The notes under the pieces are model-generated. The model saw only the letters and a list, made by a program, of their open reading frames with translations, ran no database searches and was not told where the DNA came from. Source: a virus (taxonomy: Duplodnaviria > Caudoviricetes). Taken from it: a DNA stretch of 40,122 bases. The stretch covers positions 1-40,122 of the IMG/VR virus record IMGVR_UViG_3300018877_000052; one strand, given 5' to 3'. Position numbers and translations under genes: made by a program. This document shows positions 8,615 to 15,340 of this stretch, piece after piece (the stretch's first letter is position 1; each line of letters begins with the position of its first letter).

Positions 8615-9584
8615 CATCAAACCAAGTTTCTTTAAAAATGAAGACCTCTCAGATATGGATACATATGCAAGGTTATTATTCATTGGTCTATGGTGCCTTG
8701 CTGATCGAGAGGGAATTCTTGAAGACCGACCAAAGCGGATTAAAGGGGAGTTGTTCCCTTACGAAAATGTCGACGTTGACAAGCTTCTTCAGGCGTTACA
8801 CGAGAAAGGATTCATTCTTCGTTACACGGCTGATGAACAGGGATATATCTTCATTCCCAATTTCGCTGCACATCAGAACCCGCACCATAGAGAGGCCCCT
8901 AGTAAATATCCAAAACCGAAGCAAGACGAAGCTTTGTCGAACAAGGATGGGAAAGAACAGGGAAAGCCTGATGCCAGCCTAGGGCTTTCCTCGGAAATTC
9001 CTTACCAAGGCGAGGAAGAGCCTGCGGAAAGCCGTGCTGATTCTCTGATTCCTGATTCCCTTAACCTGATTCCTGATTCCCCATTACCTATTACTAAATC
9101 CGTGGCGGCCCACAAAAAAGTGGTGGTGGTCGGTGGAAGAGAATTACATGTGTTCTCGAGTGTGATTGATCTTTATCAGCATTACTTTGTTTACCAACCG
9201 AATGCTTTTGTGATAAAGCTGCTTAACAGTTACTTGGATGACGGGATGAAGACTGATTCGCTAGCTTGGGCCATGCGTGATGCAGCTGAAAAAGGCAAGC
9301 AATGGACTTATGCGAAGGGAACCATTGAGAACTTGTTCCAAAAGGGGATTCGGACAGCGGAACAAGCGGAAGCTGCTGATCAAGAGTTCAAAAAGAAAAG
9401 GGAACATACGGTGCCAAACAAGGTTATTCCCCTACGATCGGACAAGCTTCCAGAGTCAGTTCAACGCCAGTTAGAGCGCGAACAGAAAGGTCTTCCTGTA
9501 GCTGTAGGAGAGAAAGCCACGGTCATGGATGACCCGGAGCTTAGGCAGCTTTTGGAAAGTGCTAGAAAAAGGACGACTAGGTGA
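8598..9584 (+). CDS. Phage replication initiator (N-terminal MARARNIKP domain, C-terminal DnaD-like domain)
   Basis: LLFIGLWCLADREG motif; Y..G.I.N....GI.T DnaD-like motif; internal iterons. Confidence 0.85.
   Translation: MARARNIKPSFFKNEDLSDMDTYARLLFIGLWCLADREGILEDRPKRIKGELFPYENVDVDKLLQALHEKGFILRYTADEQGYIFIPNFAAHQNPHHREAPSKYPKPKQDEALSNKDGKEQGKPDASLGLSSEIPYQGEEEPAESRADSLIPDSLNLIPDSPLPITKSVAAHKKVVVVGGRELHVFSSVIDLYQHYFVYQPNAFVIKLLNSYLDDGMKTDSLAWAMRDAAEKGKQWTYAKGTIENLFQKGIRTAEQAEAADQEFKKKREHTVPNKVIPLRSDKLPESVQRQLEREQKGLPVAVGEKATVMDDPELRQLLESARKRTTR
9037..9080 (+). repeat. Iteron-like CTGATTC repeats (x5), probable phage origin
   Basis: CTGATTC at 9037, 9045, 9052, 9066 and 9073 in the initiator linker. 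Confidence 0.65.
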
Positions 9585-9596
9585 GGAGGATCAAAA

Positions 9597-10376
9597 GTGA
9601 AGGTACTTCAAAACTTCAACAATACGGAATTCGGGCTAATTCGAATGATTGAAATCGAAGGCAAGCCACATGCAGTGGGGAATGACGTGGCAAAGGCACT
9701 CGGGTATGCTCGCCCATACGAAGCTGTGACAACACATTGCAAGGGGGCGGTAACTTACCGTGTCCTTACAGACGGTGGCGAACAGGACATGAAGGTCATT
9801 CCAGAAGGAGATATATATCGGTTGATTGTAAAAGCTGCAGATCAGAGCAAAAATCCAGCAATTAAGGAGAAGGCAGAACGTTTTGAGCACTGGGTATTCG
9901 AAGAGGTTCTTCCTTCGATCCGCAAACATGGAATGTACGCAAAAGACGAGCTGCTAGACAATCCGGATTTGCTTCTTGATGTAGTCGCAAAGCTCAAAGA
10001 GGAACGTGATAAGCGAATCGCTGCAGAGCACAGAATCGAATTGGATCGACCCAAGGTGATTTTTGCAGAAGCTTTGGAAACGTCTAACACCAGCATTTTG
10101 ATCGGTGAGCTGGCGAAGATTCTGAAACAAAACGGGATCGACATTGGCCAGAATCGACTCTTTGCGCTGCTAAGAGAACAAGGGTACCTGGGCCGTAAAG
10201 GAGAGTACCATAACATGCCGACCCAGCGATCCATGGAATTAGGGCTCTTTGAGATCAAAACCCGGACCATCAACAATCCGGATGGTAGCGTGCGTGTGAC
10301 GAAAACGACAAAGGTAACTGGTAAGGGCCAAATGTATTTCGTGAACAAATTCAAAGGCGAGAAACGGCCGGCATAG
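9597..10376 (+). CDS. Phage antirepressor (Bro-N plus ANT/KilA-C)
   Basis: DVAKALGY, WVFEEVLPSIRKHG, KVTGKGQ.YF motifs. Confidence 0.93.
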   Translation: MKVLQNFNNTEFGLIRMIEIEGKPHAVGNDVAKALGYARPYEAVTTHCKGAVTYRVLTDGGEQDMKVIPEGDIYRLIVKAADQSKNPAIKEKAERFEHWVFEEVLPSIRKHGMYAKDELLDNPDLLLDVVAKLKEERDKRIAAEHRIELDRPKVIFAEALETSNTSILIGELAKILKQNGIDIGQNRLFALLREQGYLGRKGEYHNMPTQRSMELGLFEIKTRTINNPDGSVRVTKTTKVTGKGQMYFVNKFKGEKRPA

Positions 10377-10378
10377 GG

Positions 10379-10774
10379 GTGGAGAGGATGAATCAAAGTC
10401 TTCATCTCGTCATACCTGGTAATCCACCGACAATCAATCATGTGTACCGGAACATTGCCATCAACCGAAGGATTACAACCAAGGAGGGCCAGCGATGGGT
10501 AAGGGAAGTGCAGCTGCTGGCTAAAGCATCAATCAAACGACAAGGCTGGATTTTGAGCGAGGAAGAAAAACTGGTGGCTGAGGTAGTAATCTTCTGGCCG
10601 ACACGCAGAAAACGCGACGTGGAGAATGTGGGGAAATTGCTTTGAGACGCATTAGAAGGTATTGTCTACGAAAATGACCATTGGCTGCTGCCGCGGTACA
10701 TGGACTTTCAAGTCGACAAGCATAACCCGAGGGTAGAGATTCGTTTCTATCGACAATCGGAGAGCATCGCATAA
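10379..10774 (+). pseudogene. RusA-like Holliday junction resolvase interrupted by in-frame TGA at 10643-10645
   Basis: RD.EN..KLL*DAL.G..Y.ND continues in frame to NPRVEI...TAA 10774. Confidence 0.85.
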
Positions 10775-10798
10775 AAAGAAACCGGGAGAGTGTGGAAG

Positions 10799-10960
10799 AT
10801 GAGTAACTCTCGAGCACATAAGCCAGCACCCAATCATCCATGGAGGAAGTATCGAATTCTACGCAAGGATGTATCTGAGCATATTTATCGGTCCGGGACG
10901 CTGGCAAAAGTAAATACAAACATCATCGGAAGTGGACAATCGTGGAACAGCTGTAAGTGA
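10799..10960 (+). CDS. Small hypothetical protein (53 aa, KPAPNHPWR)
   Basis: Translated manually; GGGAG RBS. Confidence 0.55.
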   Translation: MSNSRAHKPAPNHPWRKYRILRKDVSEHIYRSGTLAKVNTNIIGSGQSWNSCK

Positions 10961-10962
10961 TA

Positions 10963-11184
10963 TCACGACGGATAAGGCAACCAATGATCTCCTTCAAAAA
11001 GCTCACGAACAGTACTGTATGTACGAACCGACAAGTCAGGGAAGACGATAGCAAGTCGGCCGTCGGGGATTGAAATGGCTTTACTAGAGGACTCTACAGC
11101 GTGTTCAATCCCTAGTTCATCGAGTGTTTGTCGAAGGTAACTAGCTTCATCCCAGGTGACGAGGTAGTAAAATGATTTATCCAT
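10963..11184 (-). CDS. Hypothetical protein
   Basis: 73-aa ORF with AAGGAG RBS. Confidence 0.75.
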   Translation of the reverse strand: MDKSFYYLVTWDEASYLRQTLDELGIEHAVESSSKAISIPDGRLAIVFPDLSVRTYSTVRELFEGDHWLPYPS

Positions 11185-11268
11185 AACTTCAACTCCTTTT
11201 GATTAGGCTACCATAGGGAGTTGGGACAAAAAAAGTGGAGATTGGATTATAGGAGAAATGTCTTCGCA

Positions 11269-11538
11269 TCACTTACTATGAATTGCTTGTTGGGCCGTAT
11301 GTTCATCTTCGGGTTTAACATAAATATCATACTGAATATTATCTACTCTTCCCTGGAGTTGTGAGGAGTTGTAAGTGTTATTGAATGTTTCAGTACGATA
11401 TTTCACGCCATGAGACTGCAGCTTGCTGATTACTCTAAAGTAGTTTTCACTCCCAAAGGATGTATACACTAAAACTTTGTATTTTGAGAAAAGCGAAAAC
11501 AGACTCATAAAAAGTATCTCCTTTTCAACGAGATACAT
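11269..11538 (-). CDS. Hypothetical protein (likely start at MSLFSLF, 11508)
   Basis: AAGGAG RBS; C-terminal YDIYVKPEDE..AQ motif. Confidence 0.7.
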   Translation of the reverse strand: MYLVEKEILFMSLFSLFSKYKVLVYTSFGSENYFRVISKLQSHGVKYRTETFNNTYNSSQLQGRVDNIQYDIYVKPEDEHTAQQAIHSK

Positions 11539-11612
11539 CTTAATACGTACTGGTCAGAATTCAGTTTCTGGTCATTTGTCACAATCTGTATTGAGGAGAA
11601 CGGAGGGGAAGT

Positions 11613-11837
11613 ATGGATAATACAAAGCAAATAAAAATCATGTGCATTGAAAAACTTCATCCCCAATACCTGCGCCAAATTGAGGTTGGAAACCAATACA
11701 CAGCACGGTTAAGTCGAGACAGTGTAAGTCCAATCATTTTTGTTTCCGCTGGAAAAGAAGAGATCCCTGTCAGGTATTACAAGAAAGACGGAGACTTATT
11801 CAAAGCAGTAGAAGCTGTATTTAGATTGGTATCGTAG
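11613..11837 (+). CDS. Hypothetical protein (cassette)
   Basis: GGAGG RBS directly after site 11574; stop abuts site 11837. Confidence 0.7.
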   Translation: MDNTKQIKIMCIEKLHPQYLRQIEVGNQYTARLSRDSVSPIIFVSAGKEEIPVRYYKKDGDLFKAVEAVFRLVS

Positions 11838-11854
11838 CTTGCCTAAACTAGCAC

Positions 11855-12220
11855 TTAGTCAAATGTGAGGAAATCATCAAATGTCTCTCCATCCAAATTA
11901 AAGAGCAGTTTGTACCAGCCAAGTTTCTTGCCTTTAAAAACAATTGGAATATAAGAGACAACATAATCAAACCCATATGAGATAGCCTCATAGTTTGAGC
12001 TCTCGTCCCATCTATCAATGAATAGGGCTACTTCTTTTAGAGAGATATTTAAATCTTCAGGTCTAAAGTCATCTCCAAATAATGATTTGAATCCTTCGAT
12101 ATCATCGCTTTGGAAGTTCCGAAAACATTTCCAAAAAGATTTTATAGACCTGATTTCAACCTCATGTTTAAGGCACCATTCTTTTAGAAAACCACTATTC
12201 ATTCGATTCACAACCTTCAT
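11855..12220 (-). CDS. Hypothetical acidic/aromatic protein (antisense cassette)
   Basis: 121-aa ORF; stop lies inside site 11837. Confidence 0.7.
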   Translation of the reverse strand: MKVVNRMNSGFLKEWCLKHEVEIRSIKSFWKCFRNFQSDDIEGFKSLFGDDFRPEDLNISLKEVALFIDRWDESSNYEAISYGFDYVVSYIPIVFKGKKLGWYKLLFNLDGETFDDFLTFD

Positions 12221-12264
12221 GACTATCTATAACAATCTGTATTGAGGAGAACGGAGGGATAATT

Positions 12265-12561
12265 TTGAGAGGAAACTATTTTGATGAGCATCGAAGGAAA
12301 ATGCGAATAATGCAGCGAGTTTTCTGGACAATCTTCTCACTCACGTTGTTTTTAATCGTGGCAAGTTCGTTGATTTATGGGTACTTTGCTCTTTACGTGT
12401 TGGATAACCCAGAAAGTGTTGGTAATTGGTTCGGAAGATTACTCAACGGAATATCAGGTCATAAATCACAACTAGCAATATGTCAAATGGAGCCCATAAT
12501 CATGTGGGGTTATCACATTTCCGAAATACACAGAATGTGTATTACCATATGGGAAGGTTGA
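12265..12561 (+). CDS. Hypothetical single-TM membrane protein (cassette)
   Basis: GGAGG RBS after site 12225; one TM helix; C-terminus reads through site 12461. Confidence 0.6.
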   Translation: MRGNYFDEHRRKMRIMQRVFWTIFSLTLFLIVASSLIYGYFALYVLDNPESVGNWFGRLLNGISGHKSQLAICQMEPIIMWGYHISEIHRMCITIWEG

Positions 12562-12754
12562 AGATCAGCATCCTAATAATGACATAAATGATTGCATCAA
12601 TAGAAGAGGCAATGACTAGAACGATTCCAATCCAAAGAAGTCTCGTCTTTTCGAAAATGAAGGAAAAAACCGTTAGTAATAGGCCGCAAACTAACATGAT
12701 TATGCAAACTAATAAAATCACTAAAAGCAAGTCAAATTCCATGAATCTCACCAA
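12542..12754 (-). CDS. Small two-TM membrane protein (antisense cassette)
   Basis: Highly hydrophobic 70-aa ORF; stop inside site 12525. Confidence 0.55.
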   Translation of the reverse strand: MVRFMEFDLLLVILLVCIIMLVCGLLLTVFSFIFEKTRLLWIGIVLVIASSIDAIIYVIIRMLIFNLPIW

Positions 12755-12862
12755 ATTTTATCTGAGGACTTGTCGTAAGGACAACCATATTTTACCTGTT
12801 ATGCATGGTTTTCTACAATAGTTATTGAGGAAAACGAAAGAATATAGCACATTTGCATCGAA

Positions 12863-13228
12863 TCATTTTTTGTTTCGCATTGATTCCCAGAGGAGGGCGA
12901 TTATGTAGAAAGCCATCAAAAGTAGAGATGCAGTTAAAGAAACATCATAATATCTTTCAAACTTTTCATGTGACCATTGATCGTCACCTAATATGAAAAA
13001 TGCTACGGAATTACTTACTGAAATGCCGTCATAGATTCCAGGAATAAGACTTTGAGTATAGTTTTGACCGAGGCAAGACGTCGAAAGAATACTAAACATT
13101 AGAAGTATTAACAACATGCGAGAAAGTGGATAGGGCACATTTGCTTTCCGAAAAACAATGTACAAAATTACAATAAAAATTACGGCAGACAAATGGAATA
13201 AAAACAAAACTAACCCTCCCATAAACAT
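12863..13228 (-). CDS. Membrane protein, about 3 TM (antisense cassette)
   Basis: 121-aa hydrophobic ORF. Confidence 0.7.
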   Translation of the reverse strand: MFMGGLVLFLFHLSAVIFIVILYIVFRKANVPYPLSRMLLILLMFSILSTSCLGQNYTQSLIPGIYDGISVSNSVAFFILGDDQWSHEKFERYYDVSLTASLLLMAFYIIALLWESMRNKK

Positions 13229-13322
13229 CTATCTTTAACATCAATTTGTATGACGGGGTTTGGAAAATTTTGTTTCAAACAAAGATTCAAAATTATACAC
13301 AACGGTAAATGAGAAGAATGAA

Positions 13323-13538
13323 TTACTTTTTAGAAATAAGAACGATAACTAAAAAGATTATGTACAGTACAGTACTCCCCAATCCCAATAGTAATCCAAG
13401 GATCATGTCAACAAAAAAGAGTCCAGACTGATTATATAGGTAAATACTGAATCCAATTACAATAAGCCAAAGAATTGTTCCGATAGTAATAAGCATTGGT
13501 ATCACCCTTGCTGCTTTAAAAATCAGTATTCTTAACAT
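13323..13538 (-). CDS. Small two-TM membrane protein (antisense cassette)
   Basis: 71-aa hydrophobic ORF; stop 3 bp from site 13292. Confidence 0.55.
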   Translation of the reverse strand: MLRILIFKAARVIPMLITIGTILWLIVIGFSIYLYNQSGLFFVDMILGLLLGLGSTVLYIIFLVIVLISKK

Positions 13539-13639
13539 GTATTTTAAATTTTTATTAAAAGAAAAAAAGTACTAATAAAAATTAGTACCCAAAGGTTCAT
13601 TTATCACAACTCACATTATGGAAAACGGGAGGAAATTCG

Positions 13640-13924
13640 ATGTTAAAAGCTGGCGATAAAGTAACTTGGACAAGCCAATCTGGAGGGTCTACAAAGCGAA
13701 AGACAGGAATCCTGCTCGGTAGCGTAGAGGCAAAAGAAAGTGGATTTGCTGCGCTAAATCAGTTCAAGGGAAACGAATTGTTTGCATCCGAGAACAGAAG
13801 CAAAATCAAGTTCCAGGATACAAACATTGTGTACAACCGAGCAATTGTTGAGGTTCCACGTGGCGGCAAGAGTGTCCTGAGCGATTACTATGCGCCGAGT
13901 GTTACTCTTGTAAGGCTCGTTTGA
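13640..13924 (+). CDS. Hypothetical phage protein (cassette; GDKVTWTSQ)
   Basis: GGGAGG RBS after site 13599; TGA stop inside site 13919. Confidence 0.75.
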   Translation: MLKAGDKVTWTSQSGGSTKRKTGILLGSVEAKESGFAALNQFKGNELFASENRSKIKFQDTNIVYNRAIVEVPRGGKSVLSDYYAPSVTLVRLV

Positions 13925-13958
13925 CAAAACACACGATATGTAAAACGAGGTGAAAGAC

Positions 13959-14141
13959 ATGTATCTTGTTTTGATTGAAGGAGAAGTAAAGCGATCCTAC
14001 AGAGTAGATGATGTGGTGGATTTCATCGAGGACAAGGTTGCGTTTGAGGTTGACTCAACCGCGCTTATACAGGAATTGCGATGCATGGAATATGGGGAAA
14101 CCATTGTTTTGCGGGACGACTGCAAGGTAATTCGTATCTGA
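13959..14141 (+). CDS. Hypothetical phage protein (cassette)
   Basis: GAGGTG RBS after site 13919; stop overlaps site 14141. Confidence 0.7.
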   Translation: MYLVLIEGEVKRSYRVDDVVDFIEDKVAFEVDSTALIQELRCMEYGETIVLRDDCKVIRI

Positions 14142-14184
14142 TTCAACAAAACATTACTTGTGATGAATGGGAGGTAGTAATGAC

Positions 14185-14298
14185 ATGAAATGTCCGCAAT
14201 GTGGTGAGGACTTTTGGGTTAGTGGGCCAAGGTGGGGCGTTGAAGTTTGCCATGAGTGTGGCGCAGATAAACCTAAAAAAGAAGACCAAGATGATTAA
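14185..14298 (+). CDS. Small zinc-ribbon protein (37 aa, CPQC...CHEC) (cassette)
   Basis: Translated manually; two CxxC motifs; GGGAGG RBS after site 14141. Confidence 0.6.
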   Translation: MKCPQCGEDFWVSGPRWGVEVCHECGADKPKKEDQDD

Positions 14299-14347
14299 TG
14301 GCAAGTCGTTTTACTAAATGAAACTTGTGGAGAATGGAGGGGACAGG

Positions 14348-14638
14348 ATGGAAGAGTGGAAGAAGTTTGCCGCTGGGTTTAATACAACAAGATGGTGCGT
14401 GGGGTTGCAGATACACGATTGGCGACAAAAGCGCGGGTACGGTGTTATCGAAGTAAATATCCTGCCACTCACATTTTACTTTCGATTCGGGAACGGTCTG
14501 AAAAAACTATATTGCCAATACTGCGAAAGTTACATTGGCGATGTTAATCCTGAAGAAAGCGAGTCAGTTTCGTGCATGGATTGTTATCGGCATGACTGGC
14601 GGGACAGGATGGAAAGCAGAGCGAAAACGCTCGTTTGA
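14348..14638 (+). CDS. Hypothetical protein with C-terminal CxxC...CxxC (cassette)
   Basis: GGAGG RBS after site 14308; TGA inside site 14633. Confidence 0.7.
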   Translation: MEEWKKFAAGFNTTRWCVGLQIHDWRQKRGYGVIEVNILPLTFYFRFGNGLKKLYCQYCESYIGDVNPEESESVSCMDCYRHDWRDRMESRAKTLV

Positions 14639-14721
14639 CATAATGGATAAAGAGAAAAGCCCCTAATTAGGGCAAATGTTCTTTACTATAAGCAAGTTTA
14701 ATAGCTAGGGGGAATAGGAAG

Positions 14722-15174
14722 ATGAGCGCTCAACAAATATCATTGATACCGGAGTTGAATCGATCAGCCACAGAAAAAAAAGTTAAAGAAGCACTGGAAA
14801 AAGCGAGACTTTTTATTCAAGTAGGTTATCATCCAGGCATTGAAGTAAGTACAACTGCTGGTTACAACATCGCTCCCCCATCGCATACAAATCAGTTTCA
14901 TAGCAGTACAGAGAATGCAGCAATAAAAAACGTAGACATTGAACGGGAAAGAAAAGAGCATGTGCAACGGGTAATAACGGCGGTAAAGCGTTTAGAAAAA
15001 AGGGAAAGGGAGTTAATTTTGATTCGCTGGTTTGGTGATGAGGATAAATCAGATATCGAGACTTATATGGATCTATGTTTATCTCCTGCGACCTATTATC
15101 GAATAAGGAGTAGGGCGTTTTTGAAGTTGGCTCTTGCATTGAGATTGGAAGTATTTAAGGGGATTGAGAAGTGA
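14722..15174 (+). CDS. ArpU/RinA-family late transcriptional regulator
   Basis: C-terminal L...ERELI..R.F...LS..TYYR.R.RA motif; position at the early/late boundary. Confidence 0.9.
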   Translation: MSAQQISLIPELNRSATEKKVKEALEKARLFIQVGYHPGIEVSTTAGYNIAPPSHTNQFHSSTENAAIKNVDIERERKEHVQRVITAVKRLEKRERELILIRWFGDEDKSDIETYMDLCLSPATYYRIRSRAFLKLALALRLEVFKGIEK

Positions 15175-15196
15175 TAGATTTTCGATGAAAAAAAGG

Positions 15197-15210
15197 AGAA
15201 CATACGTTCT
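15197..15210. promoter_or_regulatory. LexA/DinR-like box next to a putative extended -10 (TGATATGAT, 15218-15226)
   Basis: AGAACATACGTTCT, a perfect GAAC-N4-GTTC palindrome. Confidence 0.6.
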
Positions 15211-15242
15211 TTTTCGGTGATATGATTATAACATCGGTAAAT

Positions 15243-15276
15243 AACCACTCGTAGCTTCGGGTGGTTTTTTTGTTTT
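15243..15276 (+). terminator. Terminator/attenuator-like hairpin downstream of ArpU
   Basis: AACCACTCG-TAGCTT-CGGGTGGTT followed by T-run. Confidence 0.7.
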
Positions 15277-15340
15277 ACCGGGTAGATAGCAAATAAATGC
15301 TTTCTTCTCAAAAATTTAAATGTTAGGGAGATGGTTTAGT

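Larger units (their letters stand above)
11574..14660. repeat. Array of about 12 dif-like 28-bp sites (11-6-11 inverted arms) separating small genes
   Basis: Sites start at 11574, 11837, 12225, 12461, 12525, 12808, 13292, 13599, 13919, 14141, 14308, 14633. Confidence 0.8.

Noticed and set aside
10643-10645. Genome-wide stop-codon recoding or selenocysteine
   Set aside because: TGA is used as a normal stop in many other genes; no suppressor tRNA seen
12836-12863. Further degenerate dif-like sites (also ~11533-11560 and ~13234-13261)
   Set aside because: Only one arm resembles the consensus; not counted without a PWM score
13569-13588. Inverted repeat GTACTAAT-AAAA-ATTAGTAC
   Set aside because: Single AT-rich occurrence; cannot tell operator from terminator or chance
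11574-14660. CRISPR array or classical integron attC reading of the repeats
   Set aside because: Repeats are degenerate, intervals are gene-sized, there are no cas genes, and no long attC-type hairpins or intI
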